DNA from: Lysobacterales bacterium
GTDB lineage: Bacteria > Pseudomonadota > Gammaproteobacteria > Xanthomonadales > SZUA-5
Assembly (NCBI GenBank): GCA_022844165.1
Contig: JALHMH010000023.1
Span: forward strand, 1 to 64,000
Direction: 5' to 3'
Length of the DNA stretch: 64,000 nucleotides
Shown here: one piece after another, positions 37,375 to 47,017 of the stretch
How positions within the stretch are numbered: position 1 is the stretch's first letter
Layout: the number at the start of each line of letters is the position of its first letter
Translations under genes and position numbers: made by a program
Notes under the pieces: generated by a model
Databases searched by the model: none
The model's input: the letters and a program-made list of their open reading frames with translations, nothing else
Told to the model about the DNA's origin: nothing

Positions 37375-40035
37375 CTATCCCGCGCGCCGCACCAGAATGT
37401 GCGTCACGAGGCTGCGCAGCGCAGGCGCGCGGATCGGCTTGATCAGATGCCCCCAGGCGTTGACACTGGCGGCGTTGCGCAGCTCGGGGTCTCGATCTGT
37501 GGTCATCAGGATCAGGCTCGGTTCTTCCGCGGCAGCGCCAGGCCAGCGGGCGCAGAGCTGCGTCCAGATCGGGCCAGGGTTCTTGCCCGGGGGCAAATCC
37601 AGCACCAACACCTGTGGCGGCGGCTGGTGGATTGCCGCGGCGAGCGCCGCGCCTTCGCTGCCAGCGAACGTGACCTGGCAGCCCCAGCTTTGCAGCAGCG
37701 AACCGACGGCAGCGCACGCCGATGAATCGTCGTCGATGCACCAGATGCGACATCCGCGCAAGGCCGAATCGTCCTGTGCCGTGAATCCCAGTTCCGCCGT
37801 CGCCGACACCGGCGAGGTCAATCTCGGCTCGCCGAGCGGGACCTGCACCCAGAACGTGCTGCCGCTCCCGAGCACGGAGCGTAGTCCGATCGGATGTTCC
37901 AGCAGGCGGCCGATGCGCTCGACGATCGCCAGGCCAAGCCCCGCGCCGCGGTCGCCGCTGCCGGCATTGTCGAGGCGACGAAACTCCTCAAAGATCTCGC
38001 GCTGCTGCGATTCTGGGATGCCAGAGCCCTGATCGTGTACTTCGATCCTCAGGCTGCGTCCGCTGCGCCGGCAGCCGAGCAGCACGCGACCGCCGTTCGT
38101 GTAGCGGATGGCATTGGCGAGGAAGTTCTGCAGGACGCGGCGCAGGAGATCGAAATCGCTGCGCACGACGGCACGGGTCGCAACGATGCGCAACTGCAGG
38201 CCGCGCGCCCGGGCGACGATGGCGGCCTCATTGCCGACCGCCTCCAACAGGCTCGCCAGCGCAAAGTCTCGTTGCTGGACGGCAAGGTTGCCGGACTCCA
38301 GACGTGCGATGTCCAGCAGGCTGCCCAGGATCGCGTCCTGGGCCGCCAGGGATTGTTCGACCTGACTGGCGATGGCCTGTGCTTCCGCTGCGACGACATG
38401 GCCGCGCAGCGCAGCCAGGAACATCCGCGCGGCATTCAGAGGCTGCAGCAGATCATGCACGGCGGCGGCCACGAATCGCGACTTATGGCGGTTGGCGATT
38501 TCCGCTTCCTGTCTGGCGGCGTCGAGCGCTCGTGTGCGATCCACCACGCGCCGCTCCAGCGCGTCGGCGAGTGAGCGCAACTCGCGCGCGGCGTTGCGAT
38601 AGCTGGTGATATCCGCGTAGCTGGTGACGAAACCGCCTTCGGGCAGCGGGTTGCCGCGAATCTCGAGGACCGTACCGTCGTCCTTCTCGCTTTCCCGTTG
38701 ATGCGGACTGCCGGAGCGCAAGTGTTGCATTCGACGTTCGATGGCGTCCTCCACGGGACCCGGGCCCAACAAACCACGCTGCGCGTTGTACCGGAACAGG
38801 TTCTGGATGGGCTGGCCGATGCGCAGCAGATCCGGCGGGAAGCGGAACAATTCCTGATAGCGAGAATTCCACGCCGTCAGTCGCAATTGCGCATCGACGA
38901 TCACGACGCCCTGAGGCAGATGTTCAAGGCTGCGGCTCAAGCCGGCATCGGCTTGTCGCGCGGCCTCGACGATGCCGTCCTGCGCGGTTCGCAGTTCACG
39001 CGCATGTTGCCTGAGCATCGATTCGAGCTCTTCGCGGCTACGTTCCTTCAGTGCCGCCGTGCGCCGCCGCTGTAACACCAACAGCGCGAGGAAGGACGCG
39101 GCGAGCACGCCGCCGCCAGCTGCGAGCGCTGCGTTTCGTGCCGCAGCACGTATGGCGCCCGCATCGTGGATCAAGTGCAGCTGCCAGCCAACCTCAGGAA
39201 GCGGCAGCGATTGCCAAAGCACTGGCGCGCGCAGTCGCGGATCGGCAACCTGCAACTGGCGTGGGCCGGCGTCATGCCGCAGGGCTTCGGTGGTCTGGAT
39301 CGGCAGCAACGTCTGACCCGCGTACTGCTGTGTGGCCTCCAGCTTCTCGCGATCACTTTCGCCGAGCGGCGTCAGCGTTCGATAGCGCCACTCGGGCCGG
39401 CTGGCGAGAAAGATGACGCCATGCGCGTCGCTGACGAGCACGACATCGGAGGTGGTCAGCCATTCGGTCTCCAGTGCGTCGAAATCGATCTTGATGACCA
39501 CGAGGCCAGCAACCCCGCCGTTGGCATTTCCGATCGCCTGGGACAAAAAATAACCCGGCTCGCCGGTCGTCATGCCGATGCCGTAAAACTGGCCGCTGCC
39601 TTCGCGCAGTCCTTGTTGCACGTAAGGCCTGAAGCTGTAATCACCACCGACGTTGCTCGCGGGCGTTCGCCAGTTGCTGGCGGCGAGCGCAATTCCGTTC
39701 GCATCGATCAGCGTGAGCGTGGAAGAGCGCGTAACGTTGTTGGCGGCTTCCAATCGCTGATTGAGCGCCAGGCGACGCGCGGCATCGATCGGCGTCGACA
39801 ACGCTGCCAATAACTCGGGGTCCAGCGCCAGCACCTGGGGCAGTGTACGGTAGCGGTCGATGCGTTGCTGCAGCGACTGCGCGTAGAGCGCCAATTGCCG
39901 ATCGAGCTGCTCGGTTTCGCGTTGCAGCGCGATTTGCCCGCCCCAGCGATAAGCCAGCAGCATCGATAGCAGCAGCAGGCCCACGATCGACATCGCGACC
40001 AGCATCGGGCGTGATTGAGAGAACTGGACTGGCAT
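37375..40035 (-). CDS. Hybrid sensor histidine kinase (DctB-like dCache, PAS, HisKA, HATPase, REC)
   Basis: ALAASNW...DYSFRPY...GIGMTTGEPGYF (DctB sensor); AAVHDLLQPLNA; NFLANAIRYT; DQGSG, GLGL; CIDDD receiver. Confidence 0.9.
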   Translation of the reverse strand: MPVQFSQSRPMLVAMSIVGLLLLSMLLAYRWGGQIALQRETEQLDRQLALYAQSLQQRIDRYRTLPQVLALDPELLAALSTPIDAARRLALNQRLEAANNVTRSSTLTLIDANGIALAASNWRTPASNVGGDYSFRPYVQQGLREGSGQFYGIGMTTGEPGYFLSQAIGNANGGVAGLVVIKIDFDALETEWLTTSDVVLVSDAHGVIFLASRPEWRYRTLTPLGESDREKLEATQQYAGQTLLPIQTTEALRHDAGPRQLQVADPRLRAPVLWQSLPLPEVGWQLHLIHDAGAIRAAARNAALAAGGGVLAASFLALLVLQRRRTAALKERSREELESMLRQHARELRTAQDGIVEAARQADAGLSRSLEHLPQGVVIVDAQLRLTAWNSRYQELFRFPPDLLRIGQPIQNLFRYNAQRGLLGPGPVEDAIERRMQHLRSGSPHQRESEKDDGTVLEIRGNPLPEGGFVTSYADITSYRNAARELRSLADALERRVVDRTRALDAARQEAEIANRHKSRFVAAAVHDLLQPLNAARMFLAALRGHVVAAEAQAIASQVEQSLAAQDAILGSLLDIARLESGNLAVQQRDFALASLLEAVGNEAAIVARARGLQLRIVATRAVVRSDFDLLRRVLQNFLANAIRYTNGGRVLLGCRRSGRSLRIEVHDQGSGIPESQQREIFEEFRRLDNAGSGDRGAGLGLAIVERIGRLLEHPIGLRSVLGSGSTFWVQVPLGEPRLTSPVSATAELGFTAQDDSALRGCRIWCIDDDSSACAAVGSLLQSWGCQVTFAGSEGAALAAAIHQPPPQVLVLDLPPGKNPGPIWTQLCARWPGAAAEEPSLILMTTDRDPELRNAASVNAWGHLIKPIRAPALRSLVTHILVRRAG

Positions 40036-40077
40036 GTGGACAGCGTAGCGCAGTTGGGCCTGGATGTTTCAAAGGCT

Positions 40078-40254
40078 CCAGCGAGGCTTCGCCCCGCTCA
40101 GTCCTCAATGAAACAGTCCGCTGACGCGAACCATGGATGGTTCGCTGATGGATCGAGCACGCAAGTGCCTGATCCATGTAGAGCGAGTCCGGACCTGTGC
40201 CGGACTCGCGACGTCGAGAAAGTGCAGGAAAGCACTTTCTCAACACCACACTAG
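40078..40254. repeat. Degenerate hairpin-rich miniature element (family 3) preceded by a family 1 right-end fragment
   Basis: CCAGCGAGGCTTCGCCCC, then hairpins at 40126-40145, 40148-40177, 40183-40209 and 40216-40241; ends CAACACCACACTAG. Confidence 0.55.
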
Positions 40255-40416
40255 TGTGGTGTCCCAAAAGTAAGGTGAACAATTTCCGCGTCTTTCGACC
40301 CGAATGCTGCGTTGTTCGTCGTCGCCATAGCGCTGCTATGGCTCCTTCTCTCGCCTTGCCTCGGACCGAAATCCATCGGAAATTTAGTTCAACTTACTTC
40401 TGGGACACCACACTAG
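40251..40416. mobile_element. MITE (family 2) with about 30-bp terminal inverted repeats and CTAG boundaries
   Basis: CTAGTGTGGTGTCCCAAAAGTAAGGTGAAC versus reverse complement of right end CTAGTGTGGTGTCCCAGAAGTAAGTTGAAC (28/30); central hairpin GCCATAGC-GCT-GCTATGGC. Confidence 0.85.
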
Positions 40417-40665
40417 CGAGGCTTCGCCTCAGACCGCCGAGCATTGTTGGCTTCGCCAGACACCGTACTTGCCACAACCCCCATCGAGCGCTGCGCGCAT
40501 TTCCGGCCCGGCGGCACAGCCGCCGGTCGTTCGGCTCGGCACACGCCTTGCGGCGTGTAAGCGCCGATCTTCACCCCCCTTAATTTAAGGGGGCTGCCAA
40601 AGCCAAAGCCGCTCCTAAGAAAATTTGACTCAAACGACAAGATCCGGCTTCGTCAAGGACTCTAG
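40413..40665 (-). repeat. Repeat family 1, copy C (inverted, CTAG at both ends)
   Basis: CTAGCGAGGCTTCGCCTCAGACCG...GATCCGGCTTCGTCAAGGACTCTAG. Confidence 0.92.
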
Positions 40666-40734
40666 TATCTTTAGGTTATTCGGGTGACCGGTGCATGGTG
40701 TTAGAACTGCGTACGTCACTCCTGGACGTCAACC

Positions 40735-42087
40735 ATGGCGCTTTCTGCCACCGTCGAACCCGTTGCCGAACAGCGCTTGCCGCTGTATCGGCAGCTGTAC
40801 TTTCAGGTCGTGGTGGCGATCACATTGGGTGTGCTCGTTGGCCATTTCGAGCCTGAACTCGGCGCAGCATTGAAGCCATTGGGCGATGGCTTCATCAAAT
40901 TGGTCAAGATGATCATCGCACCGGTGATCTTCCTGACGATCGTCACCGGCATTGCCGGTATCGCCGAGATGCGCACGGTCGGTCGTGTCTTCATCAAGGC
41001 GATGGCTTATTTCTTGTTCTTTTCTACGCTGGCCCTGGTCGTCGGCATGATCGTCGCGCACGTGGTGCGGCCCGGCGCGGGCATGAACATCGATCCGGCA
41101 ACCCTGGATGCCACGGCGATCCAGGGTTACGTGCAGCAGTCTCAGGAAATGTCGCTGATCAACTTCGTGCTCGACATCATTCCGACCACCCTGGTCAGTC
41201 CGCTCGTCGGCGGCAATCTGTTGCAAGTCCTGCTGATCGCTGTTTTGTTTGGTATTTCGCTGGCGATGGTCGGAGCGCCGGGGCGACCCGTGCTGCATTT
41301 CTTGCAGGCGCTCACGGCACCGGTTTTCACGCTCGTGCACCTGCTGATGAAAGCGGCACCGATTGGCGCGTTCGGCGCGATTGCGTTCACTATCGGCAAG
41401 TACGGCTTAAGCTCGTTGGTCAACCTGGCGTGGCTCGTCGGGACCTTCTATCTGACGTCGCTGTTGTTCGTGCTGCTGGTGCTGGGTGCGGTCGCCAGGC
41501 TCAGCGGCTTTTCGATCTTCAAGTTGATCCGGTATTTGAAAGCTGAGCTTTGGCTGGTGCTGGGCACCTCATCGTCCGAGTCGGCATTGCCTTCGCTGAT
41601 GGAAAAGATGGAGCGCGCCGGTTGCGCCAAGCCGGTCGTCGGCCTGGTGGTGCCGACCGGATATTCGTTCAATCTCGACGGCACCAACATCTACATGACG
41701 CTGGCCGCGTTGTTCATCGCGCAGGCGACCAATATTGAACTTTCGCTGGGCCAACAGCTGGGCCTGCTGCTGGTTGCAATGCTCACTTCCAAGGGTGCAG
41801 CAGGCGTCACGGGCGCAGGTTTTATCACCCTGGCAGCCACGCTTGCGGTGGTGCCGGAAGTGCCCGTCGCCGGGATGGCGCTGGTCCTCGGCGTGGATCG
41901 TTTCATGAGCGAATGCCGCTCATTGACCAATTTTATCGGCAACGCTGTCGCCACACTCGTTGTCGCGCGCTGGGAAGGGCAGCTGGATCGCGACGCGCTG
42001 AACCGTGCTCTTGCGGATGCACCGCAGCTTGCGGCGAATCCCAACCCGGCTGTCGCGGGCGATCCGCGAACGCTGGACGTCGATTGA
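40735..42087 (+). CDS. dctA: C4-dicarboxylate:cation symporter DctA
   Basis: [60 protein letters not shown]. Confidence 0.95.
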   Translation: MALSATVEPVAEQRLPLYRQLYFQVVVAITLGVLVGHFEPELGAALKPLGDGFIKLVKMIIAPVIFLTIVTGIAGIAEMRTVGRVFIKAMAYFLFFSTLALVVGMIVAHVVRPGAGMNIDPATLDATAIQGYVQQSQEMSLINFVLDIIPTTLVSPLVGGNLLQVLLIAVLFGISLAMVGAPGRPVLHFLQALTAPVFTLVHLLMKAAPIGAFGAIAFTIGKYGLSSLVNLAWLVGTFYLTSLLFVLLVLGAVARLSGFSIFKLIRYLKAELWLVLGTSSSESALPSLMEKMERAGCAKPVVGLVVPTGYSFNLDGTNIYMTLAALFIAQATNIELSLGQQLGLLLVAMLTSKGAAGVTGAGFITLAATLAVVPEVPVAGMALVLGVDRFMSECRSLTNFIGNAVATLVVARWEGQLDRDALNRALADAPQLAANPNPAVAGDPRTLDVD

Positions 42088-42119
42088 ACCGGATGGAACA
42101 CAGAGGGAGGACGCACACC

Positions 42120-45100
42120 ATGGACACGACCAGGCGCCATCGCGGCGCGACGATGCGCGGCGCGATTGCGATCACCTTGCTGACCGCTGCAATTCAGTCG
42201 GCGCTGGCGCAAGCGCCGACTGCCAACGCACCGCCCGGCGCGGAGGCAGAGAAGACCGAATTAGACGCCGTGATGGTGGTCGGCTCGCAAATCAAGGGAG
42301 CAGCGACCACGGAGGCGCTGCCGGTGCTGCTCGTCGATCGCGATCAGATCGATTTGTCCGGTGCGTTGAGCGGTGACGAGTTGCTGCGCGAAATCCCCCA
42401 GATGGGCGATGTGCTTTTCGATGCATCAAATAACCCGCAGACCAGCAATGCTGCGCGGGGCGACGTCAATTCGGTCAACCTGCGCTCGCTGGGTGTCGGC
42501 AATACGCTCGTGCTGCTCAACGGCCGCCGCCTGGTGCAGCATCCGACCAGTCAAGGCACATCCGACACCGGCACCGTTCCGGTGCAGAGCTTCAACTCGA
42601 ATTCTCTGCCCGTTGCGGGCCTTGAACGCCTCGAGATTCTGCTCGATGGCGCGGCGGCCATCTATGGCGCGGATGCGGTCGCAGGCGTGGTCAATACCGT
42701 GCTGCAGACCGAGTTCGACGGCGTTGGAGTGGGCGTGCAGTACGGCACAGCGGAAGGCACCGGTATGCAGGAATACGAGGCCAACGTCTTCGCCGGCAAG
42801 ACCTTCGATACCGGCAATATCTCGCTGTTCGTCAACTACACCGACCGCTCGGCGCTGGATGCTGATGACCAGGAATTTACGCGCTCCGACGACTTGCGCC
42901 CGCTGTTCGCGGACGATCCGAATTTCGCCAGCGTTGCCGCGCTCGATGGACGCTCATCGAACACGCCGTGGGCGCGGTTGTCTGTGGGCACGCGGCCCGT
43001 CATCCGCACCAACGGTACAGCGGTGACCAACACCGCCGGTGCGTTCCGCGTGCAGCCGACCAGTTTTGGTTGTGCCGGTGGCATCAACTATGGCACCGGA
43101 TTGTGCCTGCTCAGCGGCAACCACAACTTCAACTCGACGAATCGCGAGATGCGTTACGACACGCGCTACCTGACCACAGTGCGGCCATCGGTGGAACGCA
43201 TCAACACTTATATGACCGGGCATCGCGAGCTTAACGACGACGTCGAGTTCTTCGGCGAAATCGGCTACTACCGCGCGCAGAGCGAAGCGCTTCAGCCGCC
43301 GGTGGTGAACCTCAACGCGATCTGGGTCCCCGCCAGCAATTACTGGAATCCGTTCGGGCCGGTGACTTTTGCCAACGGCAGCACCAATCCAAATCGACTG
43401 CCGGGATTGACCAACGTGCCCACCACCGGGCTGCCGGTATTGCTGAGCAACTATCGGTTTGTCGACGCAGGGTTTCAGACGGTTGAGGTCGAGAATTGGC
43501 AATCGCGATTCCTGGGCGGCTTGCGCGGCAACTGGCGAGGATTCGACTGGGAATCGGCGCTGGTCTACTCGGAAGCGGAAGCCATCGACCGCTCGCCCAA
43601 CATCAATCGCACGTTGCTGCAACAACAGCTGGCGCTATCGACGCCGGATGCCTACAACCCATTTAGCGGCGGCTGCGTGGACACGCCTACATTTGGCGAT
43701 TGTTCGCCGAGTTCGCAGGCAGCGATCGACAATATCGGCTTCATGCTGGAGCGCAAATCGCGAACCACGCTGAGCATGGCGGACTTGCGCATGAATCGCT
43801 TCGATCTCTGGCAGAACCGGGCGGGCGATGTAGGCATCGCTTTCGGTGTCGAAGCGCGCCGCGAAACCCAGCGCGATGACCGCGATGAGAACCTCGACGG
43901 CACCATCCAGTTCACCGATGTCGTGACCGGTGTAACCCAGCAGAGCAACGTGGCCGCGGTCAGTCAGAACCCCGACACCGAGGGTTCGCGCAACGTGGCG
44001 TCGGCCTATGTCGAGTTTGCCGTGCCGCTGGTCGCGCCGGAGATGGAAATTCCGCTGGTATACAACGTCAATGTGCAGTTGGCAGGCCGTTACGAGAACT
44101 ACTCGGATTTCGGATCGGTTGCTAAGCCGAAACTTGCGGTCGCCTGGGATCTGGCGCCGGGTTATCGGATGCGTGGTTCGTTTTCGGAGGGCTTTCGCGC
44201 GCCGAACCTGGAGCAAACCAATGCCACCCAATACGCGCGACTGGCCAGCGGCATCGACTATGTGCGTTGCGAGGCCGAGCGCCGCCGCGGCGTGATCGCT
44301 TCATTCGGCCAATGCGCGCAGACCACCTCAGCCCTGTCGCTGCTGGTGTCCGGCAACCCGTTACTGGAGCCCGAGGAGAGCAAGAATCTCTCGTTCGGTT
44401 TCGTCTTCCAACCCGATTTCATTCCACCCGAGTACGGCGAATTCACCTTCACTGTTGATCGCTGGCGCATCGAGCAGGAGCAGATCGTCGGCTTGCTGGG
44501 CGCGCAGACGGCGTTGATCGTCGATTATCTCAATCGGGTGGGCGGAGGCATCAATCCATTGGTTGCCCGCGAGGCGCCAACGCCTGAGGACATTGCGCTG
44601 TTCGCTGGCACCGGCATCGCGCCAGTCGGTCGCGCCATTTCGGTCTCCGACGGCTTCATCAATCTGCAGCCGCAGAATGTCGAGGGCATCGATCTTGCGG
44701 CCGAGTGGCGGTTGCGACGCACGCGCTACGGCAACTTCACGGTGAGATTCAACGCCAGCAAGCTGACCGAGTTTACGCGCGATCCGGGCGACATCGTTAA
44801 CTCGCTGTTCGAGGCGCGCGCGGCCGGCACCATTGATCCGCTGACGCCGCTACCCGATCCCACGCAGTTGATCGGTCAGAACGGCCGGCCGGAATGGCGC
44901 GCCAGCTCGTCCTTCATTTGGTCGCAGGGACCGTGGCGCGCTGGTCTTACCGCGCTGTACATGAGTTCTTTTGAGCAGGCCGCGCTCTTGGGGCTGGACG
45001 GTTCACCCTACAAGGTCGACCATCGCTTGACGTTCAATCTCTACGGCCAATACGAATTCGAAAGCGGCGCTGCGGTGCGCCTGGGTGTGCGCGATGTCAC

Positions 45101-45197
45101 CGACGAAGGCCCCGCGTTAGCCGATGGCGGTTATCGCGGTTCGCTGCACAACCCCTGGGGACGATATTGGTATCTGGGCGCCAATCACAGGTTCTAA
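42120..45197 (+). CDS. TonB-dependent receptor
   Basis: GGGAGG RBS; TonB-box-like LDAVMVVGS; plug NLRSLG...LVLLNGRR, AIYGADAVAGVVN; FRAPNL; C-terminal Phe. Confidence 0.92.
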   Translation: MDTTRRHRGATMRGAIAITLLTAAIQSALAQAPTANAPPGAEAEKTELDAVMVVGSQIKGAATTEALPVLLVDRDQIDLSGALSGDELLREIPQMGDVLFDASNNPQTSNAARGDVNSVNLRSLGVGNTLVLLNGRRLVQHPTSQGTSDTGTVPVQSFNSNSLPVAGLERLEILLDGAAAIYGADAVAGVVNTVLQTEFDGVGVGVQYGTAEGTGMQEYEANVFAGKTFDTGNISLFVNYTDRSALDADDQEFTRSDDLRPLFADDPNFASVAALDGRSSNTPWARLSVGTRPVIRTNGTAVTNTAGAFRVQPTSFGCAGGINYGTGLCLLSGNHNFNSTNREMRYDTRYLTTVRPSVERINTYMTGHRELNDDVEFFGEIGYYRAQSEALQPPVVNLNAIWVPASNYWNPFGPVTFANGSTNPNRLPGLTNVPTTGLPVLLSNYRFVDAGFQTVEVENWQSRFLGGLRGNWRGFDWESALVYSEAEAIDRSPNINRTLLQQQLALSTPDAYNPFSGGCVDTPTFGDCSPSSQAAIDNIGFMLERKSRTTLSMADLRMNRFDLWQNRAGDVGIAFGVEARRETQRDDRDENLDGTIQFTDVVTGVTQQSNVAAVSQNPDTEGSRNVASAYVEFAVPLVAPEMEIPLVYNVNVQLAGRYENYSDFGSVAKPKLAVAWDLAPGYRMRGSFSEGFRAPNLEQTNATQYARLASGIDYVRCEAERRRGVIASFGQCAQTTSALSLLVSGNPLLEPEESKNLSFGFVFQPDFIPPEYGEFTFTVDRWRIEQEQIVGLLGAQTALIVDYLNRVGGGINPLVAREAPTPEDIALFAGTGIAPVGRAISVSDGFINLQPQNVEGIDLAAEWRLRRTRYGNFTVRFNASKLTEFTRDPGDIVNSLFEARAAGTIDPLTPLPDPTQLIGQNGRPEWRASSSFIWSQGPWRAGLTALYMSSFEQAALLGLDGSPYKVDHRLTFNLYGQYEFESGAAVRLGVRDVTDEGPALADGGYRGSLHNPWGRYWYLGANHRF

Positions 45198-45306
45198 AAT
45201 CGCGTTGCGATGGTGAAGTGTCTGCCGCTCTGACCTTCGCAGCGCGCTCAATTTTGGCCGGGTGGCATGGCCGCTCGCCGCAGCAATTGGGCAGAGGCTC
45301 TTCCGT

Positions 45307-46629
45307 ATGACAAATCTGCTGGCGAAGTCCGAACACACAGGCACGGCTGCTTCAATCAGGCCTGGCGCTTGGCGCGTGGCAATCGGTTGCGCGTTGGCGA
45401 TCATGATGGCGGCGCCTGTCGGTGCGGCGAAATTCAAACGAACGAAATGCCCGGATTCGATTCGGGCGGTTGCGGCCTGCCATGAAGCTCGCGATGCACA
45501 GGGCGCGTTTGTACTGGTCGCACAACCGCTGGAATGGAACGGGCGATTGGTCGTGCATGCCCACGGCGGCCCGCGCCTGGATGCGCCCAGGTCCGGCGAT
45601 TCGGCTCAAGATCTCGAGCGCTACGCAGCGATCGTGAGAGCCGGGTATGCATGGGTCGGCAGCACCTATCGGCGTGGCGGTTATGGCGTGCGCATGGCGG
45701 CGGCCGATGTGGAGCGCAGTCGCAGGCTATTTCTGAAGCACTTCGCCAAGCCCCGGCGCGTCCTGCTGCATGGTCAATCGTGGGGCGGGAATATCGCGGC
45801 CAAGCTCGCCGAACTGCATGCGTTGGACAGCAAGGGCCGACCGCGCTACGACGCGGTATTGACGACCAATGGTGTTTTGATGGGTGGCACCAAAGCTTAC
45901 GGATTCCGCGCCGATCTGCGTGTGATCTGGCAGCACTTCTGTGGCAACCACCCCCGACCGGAAGAAAAGCAGTACTCGCTGTGGCAGGGCTTACCGATCG
46001 GCGTGCAGATGTCCCGGGAGGAACTGGATCGACGCATCGAAGACTGCACCGGACTGTCGAGGGCGAATACTCGTTCCCCACAGCAGTCGGAGCGTCTGCG
46101 GCAGATACTGGCGGTCAGCGGCGTTGCCGAACCGCAGTTGGCCAGCCACCTGGCCTGGGCCACGTTCCACTTTCGGGATCTCGTTCGCAAGCGCCTCGAT
46201 GGGCGCAATCCATTCGATAACCGCCGAACCGTTTATCGCGGCTCGACCGACGATAGCGCACTGAACGCTGCGGTACAGCGCTTCGACGCCGATCCCGCGG
46301 CACTCGCCAAACTCGCATACGACGCCGATCTGTCAGGCTTGATCGTACTGCCAACATTGAATGTGCACGCTGCCGGCGATCGGGTCGTTTCGCCAAACGC
46401 GCTCGGAGCCTATGCAGAGACAGTCCAGCATGCCGGGCGGGCCCATCTGTTGGCCCAGGTCCTTACCCGAGAGTCGGACCATAGCCGATTGCGCGACTCA
46501 ACCTACCTGGCCGCACTTCGCGCGATCGAGCACTGGCTCGATACCGGTCGGCGACCGGAGGTTTCAATGGTCATGCAGTTTTGCGAGACCCTGCGCGATT
46601 CCGCCTCGTGCGATTTTGCGTCACCCTGA
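45307..46629 (+). CDS. Exported alpha/beta hydrolase (homolog of the 2048-4123 catalytic domain)
   Basis: WNGRLVVHAHGG, GYAWVGSTY, GQSWGG; late Asp (AGD) and His (SDH) candidates. Confidence 0.75.
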   Translation: MTNLLAKSEHTGTAASIRPGAWRVAIGCALAIMMAAPVGAAKFKRTKCPDSIRAVAACHEARDAQGAFVLVAQPLEWNGRLVVHAHGGPRLDAPRSGDSAQDLERYAAIVRAGYAWVGSTYRRGGYGVRMAAADVERSRRLFLKHFAKPRRVLLHGQSWGGNIAAKLAELHALDSKGRPRYDAVLTTNGVLMGGTKAYGFRADLRVIWQHFCGNHPRPEEKQYSLWQGLPIGVQMSREELDRRIEDCTGLSRANTRSPQQSERLRQILAVSGVAEPQLASHLAWATFHFRDLVRKRLDGRNPFDNRRTVYRGSTDDSALNAAVQRFDADPAALAKLAYDADLSGLIVLPTLNVHAAGDRVVSPNALGAYAETVQHAGRAHLLAQVLTRESDHSRLRDSTYLAALRAIEHWLDTGRRPEVSMVMQFCETLRDSASCDFASP

Positions 46630-46714
46630 CGGAACCGGCGGCAAGCTCACTACCCGCTGGCCGAGCAGCAGAGAGTCTGGGGCGGCCGGCGTGATCCGTA
46701 GATTGACAATGCCG

Positions 46715-46953
46715 CTAGCGTCCTTGATGAAGCTGGATCTTGTCATTTGAGTCTGTTTCTTAGGAGCGGCTTTGGCTTTTGCAGCCCCTTAAGTTAAGGG
46801 GGTGAGACTCGCCGCTGACACGCCGCAGGCGTGTGCAGAGTCGAACGCCCGGCGGCTGCGCCGCTGGGCCGGAAATGCGAAGCGCGGGTTGTGGCAAGTT
46901 CGGTGTCTGGCGAAGCCAACAATGCTCGGCGGTCTGAGGCGAAGCCTCGCTAG
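46715..46953 (+). repeat. Repeat family 1, copy D (CTAG at both ends)
   Basis: CTAGCGTCCTTGATGAAGCTGGATC...GGTCTGAGGCGAAGCCTCGCTAG, 239 bp. Confidence 0.92.
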
Positions 46954-47017
46954 CGTTTCCCTTTACACTTCCCCGCGCCGGCTTGACACTTCGTTCTATT
47001 GCCAGATGGGTTCCCCA

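Noticed and set aside
46802-47017. Long N-terminus of the protease ORF, and small ORFs at 1896-2135, 40413-40640 and 52457-52645
   Set aside because: These are translations of repeat family 1; the signal peptide begins at 47018
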